Shown here: positions 37,487 to 55,514 of the stretch, piece after piece
How the letters are laid out: each line of letters opens with the position of its first letter
Position numbering within the stretch: the first letter of the stretch is position 1
From: Basidiobolus meristosporus CBS 931.73
Taxonomy: Eukaryota; Fungi; Basidiobolomycota
Direction: 5' to 3'
Assembly: GCA_002104905.1 (NCBI GenBank)
Contig: MCFE01000157.1
Location: 87,422 to 151,421 of the forward strand
Length of the DNA stretch: 64,000 nucleotides
Program-made: the position numbers and the translations under genes
The notes under the pieces: generated by a model
Database searches by the model: none
Seen by the model: the letters and a program-made list of their open reading frames with translations, nothing else
What the model was told of the DNA's origin: nothing

Positions 37487-37768
37487 ATCTTTTCGGCTTC
37501 TTCGTTGACTAGGTTTGGTTTGGCTGGTTATGTTATGGTCAAGAACTCGAAGGCTCAGTAACGGACAACAACCTGCTATTGGAGTGCAAATGATGACATA
37601 TTTGCGTTCATCCGATCGAAAATGATGATGATGAGACTTGCTGATCAGGAATTTTTCGCCTCCTACACAGCTCTCGTTTAATCATGTTGATGGGTCTCGA
37701 CCAATCACGTGGAGAGGATGCTATGTAAGTATATTCACCTTTCCAAGTCCTTTGTAGTTTAGGGCAAA

Positions 37769-40344
37769 ATGGGAGAGAACGAAGTGGAGGAATCGGCCGC
37801 CAAGCGCCTAAAGCTTTCAGTCGAAAGACTCGAAGATCCGGTGCCTCTAGATATCACTGAGCGTGGCGAACACATCCCGCAACCGTTAGTCCCCTTTACC
37901 TTCCTAGCCTATCGAAAGCTTTCCTAACACATTCACCCGCATTCCATTTCATACTTTTGGTACTTTTTCTCTCCGAACTCCAGGGAAAATTCTTTGCAAG
38001 AACGTCTGACTCAACAGATCCATAGAGTTTGGGAGGAGCGTAGGGATTTTGCTCAGCTAGACGAGGAGGACTTGGTGAATGGTAAGAACGAAGAGGATTC
38101 ACCCAAAGAGGAGTCCACCGAGCTGAACGAGCAGAGAGGTGATAAAAATGTTGCGCCTGGACAAAATTTCTGGGAGATGCGTAACGCGCTTCACAGCCGT
38201 TTATGGTTGGTTTTAGCTAGAATTGGTCTGTGGTTTGAGCAGGAATAGACCTTTTTATTTTCTAGGCATGCACAGTCAGAAATTGCTGTCGCACTCGACG
38301 TAGTTCACGTGCTTCTCTCTGCGACACGACCAGCCGCTTCCTTGACTCCTAATCCCCTTCCATTACAACCAAACACCTTATCCTACACTTACATTAATAA
38401 GCCCCGTCCTACGGTTAGAACCCAGCTAGAAAATGCGAAACTGCATATGGGTGCCAAGCAGAAGGTTTGTACCCCGGGAACAGCCAGTACACGCAGCCCC
38501 TACTGACCTCGCTTCTCCGCCGGAAACAGCAACTGAAAAACGCCAGCTCAATTCTGCTTCGAGGGGCGACCACTTTGGAAAACGTCTTGAAGGAGGAGCA
38601 CAAATTCTGGGACGAAGCGTTGTCGTTACGTCAACGAAACTGGATCATCCAAACTCAAGGCAACAGTAAAATGGGAACCGCGGGGAAAACGTTTTACATC
38701 AAATATGGGTTTGACGACGGTACGATGACCTAACGTCTCGTCTTGCTCTTCACTGGGATTAATGTTCTGTTTGAAGCTGGATCACAATTTCATGAGCCGG
38801 GCGTTGCAGAGATTGTTCGCGACTTTTCCACCGGAGATATCACGAATACGCGCACCAAGATTGCCCTCCCTCACAAGGTGAAGCGGGACCTTCGAGTTCG
38901 GTTTGTCAATAAAGCGGTCAACGGCTCTCATGAGGGGGATGGTGATGACATATGGAGTATTACTCCTACGCGTACGTAGACAGATATGCACGTATTTTGC
39001 GCTGAATGAATGCGTACTAACCGAACCAACAGTGACCCCCGACACAGAGGACGCATTGAGTGACATCTACAATGAGCTGACCTTAGCCCAGTCCACCATA
39101 TTTGATTCTGAATTGTACCAGCAGGTTAGAGGTTTCATTCTAAACGCGGATTCCCGACCAGTCGGAGTGTTCATCGTTTCAACACACAGATCAGTAAGGA
39201 GGCGCGTACGATATTGACGGGCGTGCGCATGATGGAAAACGAGATATCGGTGTCCGTTAGCGATTCCCACAGCCTTATCTTTAATTGGAGTCCATTGGAG
39301 GTGAGCCCTGCTTGGGAGATTCTCCACCTGCAGTACTGACACTACCGTTAGAAGCAAGCACCCCCAGAAGAGGCCAAGAGGCAGGAAGAGGTCTGTAGCC
39401 GCGAAAGGACCCTGTCACAAATCCTGAAGCTGATCATGCAGCTCCAACTGCGAAAGAAGCACCGAAACAACCTTGCCAGCAAAGGATCGGCCTTCTCGAG
39501 AAGATCCCTGTCTGCCACGGAGGACAGGTGCACCCAATCACCGTCGAATCTCACCCTTGACTTGTGCTAACGTCTTTACTTAGGAGCACTTCCGCACCAC
39601 CGCAGGAGCACATCCTTACTGAGATCCTGAAGATCCTGCGATACTATTGCTTCTGTGAAGAGATACGTCGGATAGTGGACTCTTCGGTCAAGATGATTTC
39701 CAAACTAGGCATCACCACCAAAGTGCACTTTAGCGCATTGACCGACGGCTTCAACCAAAAGGGACGGTTCAGCTTTGTTGACTCACTGGTGTTGACAGTT
39801 CGGGATGAGTATGACGTCATCGATCGGTTGTGTACAAATCCTGTGTATTCATGTTTGCATGTGTTCTAGGCATGTGTTCCACTTCACTCTAAGAGCCCCT
39901 ACCTCCATCCAAGCGCACCTACAAAGGGGGAACTTCAGCCTTGGAAGCCTGGGTGAGTTCAAATCACTCCTTAACCGTGAGTTGACAGGGGTTTGCCTGC
40001 AAATCATCTGCCAGATGGGAGGCACGTTTGGGTTCATTGAGCGAAACAATTGGGAGCTGGACCTCATGGAAACCAAAGCCAGCTGCAACTACATCGACGA
40101 GGCAGGAGGACTCCATCCCATGTAAGCGACCAATCCTCTCCTGGACTGCCACTTGCCTCGCTAACCCATCTTCCTTAGGATCGTATCGATAACTCGCAAA
40201 CAGAGCGGCGGAGAGGAGCAGCTTCAGTGCAACTTCAATTTCACCGATCTTCGACTGGCCAGCTTCCATCTGAGCTCGAGTGAGGCTAGCATTTCCTTTG
40301 AATCCCGACTACGTACACTGTTTAATCAGAACCGTGTCTCATAA
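37769..40344 (+). CDS. MED17: Mediator subunit Med17/Srb4-like (multi-exon)
   Basis: Spliced fragments AQSEIAVALDVVHVLLS, LLRGATTLENVLKEEHKFWDEALSLRQRNWII and IKYGF..AGSQF resemble fungal Med17; family call from recall. Confidence 0.7.
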
Positions 40345-40707
40345 ATAAACAATAGATAGTGATGCTCGATTTTTTGCTGAAGCAGTCCAACCATTGGATC
40401 GGCTTGTTCAGCCAAATTGGGAAGGCCCAAGGACTTGCCTATGTGCTTTCATGTGATGAATTCTTCCGAGAAGATCTTGTCAATGGTGCGATGATGATGG
40501 GAAACACTCCGAAGATTTTCCATGTTGCTTGAGCCTCCATCGCGATCATGACCGTCAAATCGGGTCTTGCAATCTCTTTATAGATTCTAGCCTGGAAATA
40601 TTGATGTCAGCACCACTTATGGAAGCCGCCTATTTGCTCCGTTTTTCCAATATTTAATCCCCCAGAGTACCATTCTGAGTTGCAGTATTGTTCGGTGTTT
40701 CTTCAAT

Positions 40708-42404
40708 ATGGATTCAATACCAGTACTTGGGCGCATGAAGCCTTGCGATTACTTCCGCATAGTCTTGACCTTTCTTTTCTTTATTTCCGAGTCAGTTCTT
40801 CGCTTGTTCTTCCGCATTTATTCCCTGGTGTCTTATTCGGAGAAAAGGTTCGCGTGAGAACGGGTTCGTCCCTATTCTCTTAACACCAACTCACCTCGTT
40901 CACTTGGCCCACCTAGTTACGATGACTTTCAGTACAATAAGAAGGCCGATCTGAAAATGCTCGAGAGTTTTGCTTCCATTGCTTCCTACTGGTATACGAC
41001 ACGCACCTCGATCTATGGTGCTTTCGAAAACGCTAACTCAGACTCACTAGGGGTTACCCATACGAAGAGCACATCGTGAAGACGCAGGATGGTTATCTTT
41101 TAGGAACTCACAGGCTTGATGCCCCCAGAGGCCACCCAGCACACGACAAGCAAAACAAGCCTGTTGTTTTGCTGTGGCATGGGTTTATGATGAACTCTGA
41201 GGGCTGGATCTGTAACCCGAAGAGAGAGCGAAATCTTGGTTTCATGCTTGCCGAGGCAGGGTAAGAGAGCCTGGCCACCCGGACCGGCGAACAGCTATTC
41301 ACCCGCTCTTCTGTTAGGTACGATGTCTGGTTCGGAAACACACGCGGCAACAAGTATTCCTACAAGCATCTGTACTTGAAACCCAACCAGAACAAATTTT
41401 GGGATTTCTCCATCGACGAGTATGCTCTCTATGACCTTCCCAACACAGTCGACGTGAGTACTTTAGAGTCCAGCGTATCCACCCGAACCACCTTCTCACC
41501 ACGAAGCCCAAGTTTATTTTGGAAACCACAGGCGCTTCATCATTGGTTTATATCGGGTTTTCGCAGGGAACGGCTCAAGCATTTGCTTCGTTGTCGATTC
41601 ACCCGGAATTGAATAGAAAGATCTCATTGTTCGTTGCCCTGGCGCCAGCCATCACTCCAGGAGGTAACCACACACTAGCACCTATGCACTTCTTCATGGC
41701 CACTGATCATGTATGCCGTGTTGCAGGACTGTACAGCTCGGTTGTCGACACCTTCCTTAAAGCCACGCCAAACATCGCGTACCTTCTGTTAGGAAAGAAA
41801 CGCGCGCTGTCATCAGCAGTGTTTTGGAACGACATCCTTCCAAGACCCATCTTCGTCAAGACGATCGACGCTTCGGTGAAGTTCTTGTTCGGCTGGCAAT
41901 GCAAGAACATAGACCGGGAGGTGAAGGAGATCGTGTACGGCCATCTGTACTCCTATGCGAGTGTGAAAGGAGTTGTGGTAAGTGGAGAGTGAGGCCCAAC
42001 AGAAATCTCGCCGCTCACTAACTCGACCTCTGTGTAGCATTGGTTCCAAATCATCAACTCTGGATCATTCACCCTTTTCGATGAATACTCCACTATTCTC
42101 CCATCCGCGATGCCTCGAAGTGGACACGTGTGCCATCCATTTGCAACCAACCAAATCACCACACCAATCGCGATGTTCTACGGGGGAAGTGACTCGCTAT
42201 GCAACATAGACACGCTCAAGTCACAACTGCCGGAGCTTCAGGAATGCCATGAAGTCAAGCACTTTGAGCACCTGGGTAAGCATCTTTCTCTTCCAGAAAC
42301 GACTCGCAAACTAACCAAGCAATGTAGATTTTCTATGGGCAAGAGATGCCAAAGAACTGGTTTATTCCAAAGTCCTTCGGATTCTAGAGCAACATGCCAG
42401 TTAG
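40708..42404 (+). CDS. AB-hydrolase lipase / sterol esterase (TGL1/YEH-like, multi-exon)
   Basis: EEHIVKTQDGYLL, VLLWHGFM, DVWFGNTRGNKYS, YDLP, nucleophile GFSQGT, FYGGSDSL and final HLDFLW. Confidence 0.92.
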
Positions 42405-42943
42405 CTTCATACCCAATCAGCCCTTACTAATATATATGCTACTTGATCTCTTTACTTTTACTACCTAATCGAGTTGGAAGCTTTGTGTTACTTCAATGTG
42501 AATTCTTATAAACGTGGGATTGCTCAAGCCCGCAGATCCGCAGCTGCCGCAAGCGGGGGAGGGGCGATCGACTCAATAAATGCTGAAGCGTCTCAAGATG
42601 ACTTGATTTGGATAGATGGGTGAGGCTGGGTAGGGGAGAATATAACTGGATGTGAAGATGTGCGGGTTATAGCAACTGGTGGATATTTTGGTGTCCACTG
42701 TAACTCTGACTAACTGAAATCGAAGTACAAATTGAACGCCTTTGTTGTATCCTATTCCGCAATAGAGGGACGGATTTGGTTTTTTTTGGCATGTATATTC
42801 CATTGGTGACATAATACATGATTATCCACATATCTTAATGTTACACTTTCCTGACAAAAAATGCGACCCCCGCCCATTTCCCATTGAGATAAAACTCACC
42901 TTCCCCCCACCGCTCTTACGTCTGCTAACTACTCCAGTATCCA

Positions 42944-48132
<5,189 letters not shown>

Positions 48133-48318
48133 CGACCTTGCGTAGACGCCAATGTACAAGCCCTAACTTGCCAACGCTTTTCAAACCCCAACAATAATCA
48201 CTTCCCGTGTTACTTGATCTAGAGCATGTACCTGATTACCCACCTATATAAATGTTTATTGATGAATGTCGGTGTTGCTCACTTGGATGAATGTCTGTGG
48301 ATTGTGGTTGAGAGGTGA

Positions 48319-48669
48319 TCAAACGATAGTGAAGTAGTGGCTGTAGCGATCAACCCCCTTGTCGGTGATGATTCGAACCGAGTACTTATCCCCGGGGATC
48401 AGGTTCTCGGGAACAAACCAGCTGTGGGACTCTTCATTGGCATCGACCTCGGTGGCTATCTCGTAGGATAGGGCCAGGTTAACCTTCGGTCCAATACGAA
48501 GCTCGATGGTGACCAACTCGGCAAGGTCGATAGCGTCGATGTTCCACTTCACGATCGCATTTTCTCCTCGCTGCCACCTGGTTATCTCTACTGGTTCGGT
48601 GATCATGATCTCGGCTGTGGCGCACCCGATGGCAAGTCCCAAAATACTGTAGTAGTTGGTGAAAATCAT
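48319..48669 (-). CDS. Small secreted protein, Kre9/KNH-like N-terminal Ig-type (Ser-Thr-rich GPI-anchored family) domain only
   Basis: Signal-like N-terminus, then IT.P...W..G....VKW ... W.VP.NL.PG.KYSVRI ... YSHYFTI, typical of the family. Confidence 0.7.
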   Translation of the reverse strand: MIFTNYYSILGLAIGCATAEIMITEPVEITRWQRGENAIVKWNIDAIDLAELVTIELRIGPKVNLALSYEIATEVDANEESHSWFVPENLIPGDKYSVRIITDKGVDRYSHYFTIV

Positions 48670-48924
48670 TTGGAAGGGAGTCGCCGTTCTAGCCTACCCT
48701 TTATATCACTCTCATAGTCAGACAACTGGTGAATGTGTGCATGCGTGCATGTACTTGGCATGCTATGAGGAATCCCCAGGTTGCTACCACGTTGCATAGG
48801 CTACAGAATGAGAGTGGGTGGCATCCATCCTGACCACTAGATCTATCGCACATTGCATTGCATACCATATTTTTCTACGTGTGGAATGGGGCTAGTATGG
48901 CATTTTTATTCGAAGAGAGTATTG

Positions 48925-50240
48925 CTAGCAACAGCTCTTGGTCACGACTGGCTCACAGGATTCAAACTTTACATCTATGTGCTTCGAATCCTTCTCAACC
49001 TTGAAATACTTGGCCAACCAAGTCTTTGTCAGCATCTCGGCAGAATTCCCGCTAACCGGGGTTGGCTGATTCACCGGCAGACGAGTGCACCCATCGAGGT
49101 TGTAGTGATCTGGTTGACCTGGGATTGTGCCCAGGTAGGTCGCCACATGGCCGTCGTTCTTTCGAACCGTCTCAAGAGTGGAGAGTTTAAATAATCGATA
49201 GGTGATCGAGTAGAATTGGATATCTCCAACCAAGGAAATCAGGGAGGGATCCTTCACATCAATTGGGGACTTCGAGAGCATGCGTACGTCGAGAAATCCT
49301 ACTTCATTGCAGATTCGCTTGAATTCCTGGAGGGGAACTTAGCAAGTGGATTCACGATGGTCTTCGGAGGGTGCGGCTTACCTTGATTTCAAGTGCTCCA
49401 CCTAGGCACTCACCAACCAGTACTGGATGTTGACGAACGCTCTCGGGAACCGGTCTATCCGCGTAAACATCTGAAAAATAGAATTCCCCTGCAACCCTGT
49501 TAGTCCTTATGGTGAGGGCTTTGTCTGGCGTTAGTAATAATCAATACCTCCTTCCTTCAGAGCCTTATACACTCCTGCTATGACCAACTCCTTGTTTGGT
49601 GACAGATTAACCACGCAGTTCGATATGCACAGGTCTATGCTATTGTTCTCAATACCAGCGACTGCGGAAGGTTTTAGAAAAGGAGGCGTAAATAATCAAC
49701 GATGCGTTTACCTTCTAAAAACTCGATGAACCCTTTAATGAATCGTAAATTGGGGCTGTATCCAAGCTTTGAGGCGTATTCACCAATATTGCGGCGTGCA
49801 ACTTCTAGTTGTTCATCAGTCATATCAATTCCTAGTGATGTATTAGTGGAAGGCAGTCATCGGGCTCAAGTAGCCTTACTAACCTGTTACAGACCCAGTG
49901 GGACCCACCAGCTGCGAAGCCACATAACAGTCACGTCCTGAACCAGAGCCAAGATCTAATACATCGAGACCGTCGATTCCCAAGGGCAAAGGGGTTCCAC
50001 ATCCGTAATATTTTGCTTTCACCTCTTCCGGAACCAATTTCAAGATATCCAATATGTGTTTGGGTGGTGAATGGCATGTGGTGCAGGCTAGATTTACGAA
50101 TCGATAAGGATGCGAGCCGAGTAATGAACAGGAAACAACTACTGACCGTCAGTTTTCAGATCGTCAGAGGAGCTTAGCACCCTCCCATAGTACTCTTCAA
50201 CAGCATTGTAGATTTCAGTAGGATTGGTTAATTGGTCCAT
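48925..50240 (-). CDS. arsM: Arsenite S-adenosylmethionine methyltransferase (AS3MT/ArsM family, multi-exon)
   Basis: Spliced reading YYGRVL..DLKTDAC, KYYGCG, VLDLGSGSGRDC, GIDMT, ISNCVVNL, GECLGGAL and FYSITYRLFKL; four Cys at the canonical positions. Confidence 0.9.
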
Positions 50241-51375
50241 TTGTATGATAATTGCACCGGACCGGCGAGGGGAAGGGTATATATATATACAGAAATTCGC
50301 ACGTGACCTAACCAATGATTACTTTTATATTTGAAATTCTACTGTTGCTGCCACCTCCCCAGCGTAACTGTGTTATTATTATTTAGTTAGATAATTATGC
50401 TAAATCAGTTTAGGAGATAGGCGTGGATTAGTGTACTTTGCTTCGTCCACTATATATATAGGCCGATATTTCTTTACGTCCAGAATAAGAAGGTGGCTTG
50501 GATATTGCCAAGGGCTAGGCTTTGGTATTTGTATTTATAATTGTGCTACTGTTGCATCTTACACTGTTTACTTGGACAACATTTAATCTCCACCTCACTG
50601 ATTCTCATGTTGAGGATGTTGTAGTGATTCACAGCCGAAGTTGATCATAGAGCGTTCGGTTACCATCAATAAATGGAATTTTGTTTGTTGCGGCAGGTTC
50701 TTGTAAAGATAAACAGCCTACACCAGCAAACCCACAAAACCAGTTAGATCAGAAATACCAAGCATAGTCAACTCAAACTTGCTATAAAAGCTAAGCTATC
50801 GCTTAGTATCTATGACTCGGTATCTCCTCCATAGCGTGACCGTTATTCGTTGTAGCATGCAGATCACACCTGCCATCAACAATATACCAAGGAAGTTTTA
50901 GTATGTGCTTACTTCGTTTATGGTTGAGAAATCAGGGTGCTTTCAATTGGCTTATTTGATTCTCAAATGCAGCCAATTTATTCAATATTGAAGGTGTGCC
51001 AAACTCTAAACACTGTTGTACTATAGTATTTGTGAGTATGCCCGTATACTATATTTAACCAAATTGATTTTACACAGAAACGCAGTGTTTATTATGTGTA
51101 TCCATGTAAGGGTGTTGTGATCCTACACACAATTTCATCGTTCACGTTACAGGCTCTGTTTCCAACATGAACTGTCTCTGCCATGAGTCGCGATGATTCT
51201 CCTATCTATGAAATAGCCGACTTTAGGAATCATCTGATGATTACCTCACTTAAGGTAATCATCCGATAATTGCTTAAAGTGAGGTAATGATGAATGCAGA
51301 AATAGTCGAAAATTAGAAACAGCGAATCGATCATCGATTAATGTTGATCAGATTGGCGAGTCCATTAATCGTGAT

Positions 51376-51430
51376 GATAAGCAACAGATGCCACTGGTGA
51401 TAAGCACTTAGGGTTAGCTAGATAAGATAA
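51376..51430 (+). promoter_or_regulatory. Cluster of GATA-factor sites upstream of the MFS gene
   Basis: GATAAG at 51376, 51399 and 51421 plus GATAA at 51426, about 22-23 bp apart. Confidence 0.55.
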
Positions 51431-51995
51431 TTGCAAGGAAGTCAGTTAAAATCAGCAATAAAAAGAAAGTCTAATATAATCAGGAATAATATCCATCTTC
51501 GAACGCAAGTTGATTCCCACCACAGTCACCATCTAGCCGTCACAAGCACCAATTTCATAATCTACTGATCTGAATTATTCTATCGAATGGGAAGAAATGG
51601 TATTATTGCTGAGCATGTCGACAGGTACCCCACCAGAATCGAACCTGATTTTGTGCCGAATACACCAGTACATCCCGCCAGACAACTAGTAAATCCCATC
51701 GATTTCCCAAGTCAATCCCGCTTATTGCTTTACAAGTCAATCCCGCCTCCAGCAATTCCAACTTGATCAAGAAAACTCGTTGAGTAATATGGGGTTGCAA
51801 ATTAGAGAGTAGCACAGCGAGTGAATCTAATCGTCTTTCCTAAATGGAAGACTCAGCACTTCACCGAAATGGTTATATTTGCATTGTACCCGTGATGGTA
51901 TTTGGATTGTACCACTAACGTTTGTGCTAACTCCGCCGAGTATAAATCTTCCCAGCTGTTCACCAAGGCTGGACATCTCAAAACAACTTCATACA

Positions 51996-53297
51996 ATGAG
52001 GCTCAACTCTCCGATGATGCAAGTCATATTGGTTGGCTTTGCATGTTTCTGTTGCCCAGGCATGTACAATGTAATCAACAGTCTAGGCGCTGGAGGCCAG
52101 ATGGACGATAACACCACCAAGAATGGTAACGTGGCTCTTTATGCCTGCTTCTCAGTTTTCGGCGTGTTCGGTGGCGCCATCCACAACGTCCTTGGTGGGC
52201 GTTGGACCATGGTCTGCGGTGGTCTTACCTACGCTCTGTACTCCGGTTCTCTCGTGTACTATAGCAATACCAAAGAGCCCGCCTTTGTTATTGCCGCCAG
52301 CGCAATCCTAGGTATTGGCGCTGGTATGTTCTGGACTGCCCAAGGTACTATCATGATGTCCTATCCTTCCGAAAATCAGAAAGGTCGCGCAGTCGGAATC
52401 TTCTGGATTATTTTCAACATGGGCGCCGTACTCGGTTCGTTCATTCCCTTTGGCCTCAACTTCCATTCCTCTGCTGGCCAGGTGAGCACCGCTACCTACT
52501 ATGTATTGATGGCTCTTATGGTCATTGGTGCTCTGCTTGGCTTGGGTTTAATCCCCCCTGAGAAGGTGGTACGTGAGGATGGTTCCCGCGTGCAAGTCTC
52601 CAAATTCGAGAATGTAGGTGGTGAGATTATTGAGATCCTGAAGCTCTTCAAGAACAAGAACATGCTCTTGCTCTTACCCTTGTGCGTGACTTCCAACTGG
52701 TTCTACTCTTATCAGTTCGGTGCTGTCAATGGTGTTCTTTTTAATGTCCGTACCCGCTCTTTCAATAGTGCCTTCTACTGGGGTGCTCAAATGATTGGCG
52801 CCTATGGTGTCGGTCTATTGCTTGATAATCCTAAACTTCACCGTCGCACCCGTGCCTTGTACGGACTAGCACTGGTGACCATCCTAACAATGATCATCTG
52901 GGGTGGCGGTCTTGGTCTTCAGGTGCAATACACTCGGGAAGATCATCCCAAAGATATCGATTTCATCAATGGCCCCGGATGGGGTAGCAAGTTTGTCTTG
53001 TATCTGTTCTACGGTTTTCTGGATGCTGTTCTGCAAACCTATGCTTATTGGTTGATGGGTGCCCTCTCTAATGATAGTCACGTCCTTGCTCGTTATGCTG
53101 GATACTACAAAGGACTCCAATCTGCCGGTGCGGCTATTGCCTGGGATATTGATGCCAAGAACACTCCTTTCTTGACTCAGCTAATCATCAACTGGGTGCT
53201 ATGCTCAGCCTCTCTTCCTTTCGCTTACCTTGTAGCCAGGGGTGTCAAGGATACTTCGGAAGAGGATGGTGAGAAGGTCGAGATGGAAAAATCCTAA
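51996..53297 (+). CDS. MFS transporter, UNC-93-like/DUF895 family (NOPE1/Ngt1-related)
   Basis: NSP..QV.LVG..CFCCPGM.N..GAGGQ, NVALYACF..FG..GG, GAGMFWTAQG and YKGLQSAG; about 12 hydrophobic segments; intronless. Confidence 0.88.
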   Translation: MRLNSPMMQVILVGFACFCCPGMYNVINSLGAGGQMDDNTTKNGNVALYACFSVFGVFGGAIHNVLGGRWTMVCGGLTYALYSGSLVYYSNTKEPAFVIAASAILGIGAGMFWTAQGTIMMSYPSENQKGRAVGIFWIIFNMGAVLGSFIPFGLNFHSSAGQVSTATYYVLMALMVIGALLGLGLIPPEKVVREDGSRVQVSKFENVGGEIIEILKLFKNKNMLLLLPLCVTSNWFYSYQFGAVNGVLFNVRTRSFNSAFYWGAQMIGAYGVGLLLDNPKLHRRTRALYGLALVTILTMIIWGGGLGLQVQYTREDHPKDIDFINGPGWGSKFVLYLFYGFLDAVLQTYAYWLMGALSNDSHVLARYAGYYKGLQSAGAAIAWDIDAKNTPFLTQLIINWVLCSASLPFAYLVARGVKDTSEEDGEKVEMEKS

Positions 53298-53639
53298 TCA
53301 GGTATATGTTACCGCGTGAATAACATGGCAATTTTATTTAATTCAGTTTAATAAATCCAAGCTACTTAAGTCCCAATGAGTTTTCTTCTAAACACTATGA
53401 TATATGTTTATTTTGCTTGCAGCTCAAAATTTCTATTCCTATCGTGACAAACCTACTTAGGTAATATCACCATAAAATCATATCCAAAATATATCATTAC
53501 ACAGGTAAACTATCTACAAACTTTTGAATATGTCGAACTATATATCCTATGGGGTAGGAGTTATATCATTCAGTGCAAGCCTAGTTACGAGCTATCACTA
53601 TACACCATTCTATGAACATTATTTACGATTTGTTTAGTG

Positions 53640-54702
53640 GCGGGGCTTTGAGCATTCGCCATACTGTGGAGGCCAGTTGACATCCACTCACAATCCTGGA
53701 GTGTTCAAGTCGGATTCCAAAGGAACTCTCTGCCAAGGAGCACCAAGTCTACTTGCTCCCTTTATGCGATCAAGTTGGCCGGAGTCCCCTCTATTTTCAA
53801 GCTCACCGCACCTGTTAGTATTCCAGAGGCTTCATGTGTAACCTTTCAGCATACGGAGCTTGAAGTTCGGGCTTGGCTTCGATTTTCTCTGCTGCGCTGT
53901 TACCTCCTGTCGAGCAGGCTAGAAGATCAGCGCCAAGAGGATAGATCTTTCTTGCAAAAGCCACAGTGTCTTCTGCTGAGCAACCTCCTTCAACCTATTC
54001 ATTCGAGGAGATACGGAAGAACAAGGGCTTCTCAGCTGGCCAAACTTGTTGAACCGCCTCAACGATCTCAACGACAAGACGTATACGGTTTTCAAAGCTA
54101 CCCCATACTGGTTGGTACGGCGATTGCTTAGTGGAGATAAAAACTCGTTAATTAGAACTCAAGTAGCCGATCATATCCGTGCGAATAGCCGCATCAGCCA
54201 ATGCTTGCTTCACGAAAGCAATATCTTTTAATGTGATCTCGTGAAGAAGCCCAACCATTATCCCAGCCAATACGGGAGGACGTCCAAAGATCATTTCAAC
54301 CGCCTTTGGCTTCTGTGAGCATCACTCTATCAGGTTTGTTGACTACAAATGGTGATGGAGTGGATGCTTCTCAGCCTGCACGTCCAATATGGATACCAAC
54401 TATTGAGCCTGCTGCGTGAATGTAATCTACAATCCTTCTCATCTTTCCACAGAACAGCACAATTATCCATGATTCTTTCATTGGGAAGAACAGCTGTTGC
54501 TTCCATCATAATCAACCGTAAGTGGCATACTGCCTTAGGTGTACTAGATAAAGCCGTCTTCGGCACTGTATGTGCACATAGGCACCACTAAGATGCGGTT
54601 CTTCGATGAGACATTACGAATTTGTGTGGGCATTACTGTACCTGGAGTAGGATTACCCAGCTGAATATACCAGGTGCCGCTTTGTTCAGGTACGGTCATC
54701 AT
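53640..54702 (-). pseudogene. NADH:flavin oxidoreductase (Old Yellow Enzyme, YqjM/NamA-like) pseudogene, copy 1
   Basis: Fragments [64 protein letters not shown] and VNWPPQY, separated by frameshifts and stops. Confidence 0.85.
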
Positions 54703-55139
54703 TGCTTAATGCTTATGAAAGATTGAGGATCCACCAGGGTTATATTTACGCACTTGCAATTGCTAATCAATTGGTGAATTTCGTAATTGTCGAGGTTACA
54801 AAAGCGTAAATGAATAGAGTATATGATGGAGATTGAAGGGCAGTTGTTGGTGAATTGCGTGACCTGCAGGAGGTTACATTGTATAGAGATATATATCTCG
54901 AATCCCATCAATCCGCCTAAACAAATTTGCATATTTGAGTCGATACAATATAAGGGAAGCGCATTTAGTGAGTACCTGCCTCTATAGCAGGGCTAGCAAC
55001 TCGCATTTAGTGTTACCAGCGAATGAAATGCTAGGTTTACTGCACTGCTTATCAAAGGTATAAATACAAAGGTCTGACTCTAATGGTATTTACATTTCAA
55101 ATCATTGCATTCTCCACCACTCGATTGGATCAAGTAGAC

Positions 55140-55514
55140 ATGCTATTCAAACTAGCGGCTTTTCTGGTGTGTCTTGCTGTATCCTCCAACGCTTGGGATA
55201 TTGACAAGGAGTTTACCCCGTGTCTGAAGGATGGTGGCCCCGGATTCAGCTATCCTGGCATTATGACCCTGACACCAGGCAAAAGCGGCGCACTAACGGT
55301 CTTTGGAAGGTCCAAAAGCAAATGTCCTGCCATCTATTGCAAATGCAGAGTTACAGCTTCAGGCAGCATTTTGCCCCCAAAGCTGAGTTCTTTCAGCTGC
55401 ATTGATGACAAAGGGTGCCGATATACTGGTGCAAATATGTTTGGTCTCCCTATGAGAAGGTTAGCAAACAAGGCGGGATGTGTTGCCGCAAACATTAATG
55501 AGTCCGATTGCTAG
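55140..55514 (+). CDS. Small secreted cysteine-rich protein of unknown family (124 aa), copy 1
   Basis: Signal peptide MLFKLAAFLVCLAVSSNA; 8 Cys in the mature part; TATAAATA at 55059 and AATAAA at ~55539. Confidence 0.8.
   Translation: MLFKLAAFLVCLAVSSNAWDIDKEFTPCLKDGGPGFSYPGIMTLTPGKSGALTVFGRSKSKCPAIYCKCRVTASGSILPPKLSSFSCIDDKGCRYTGANMFGLPMRRLANKAGCVAANINESDC

Noticed and set aside
51408-51417. Interstitial TTAGGGTTAG
   Set aside because: Only 10 bp with no retroelement 3' module next to it; compatible with chance.
54699-54932. Minus-strand 77-88 aa ORF upstream of the OYE pseudogenes (also 58576-58842)
   Set aside because: No recognisable domain; lies in the shared promoter region and is repeated only through the duplication.
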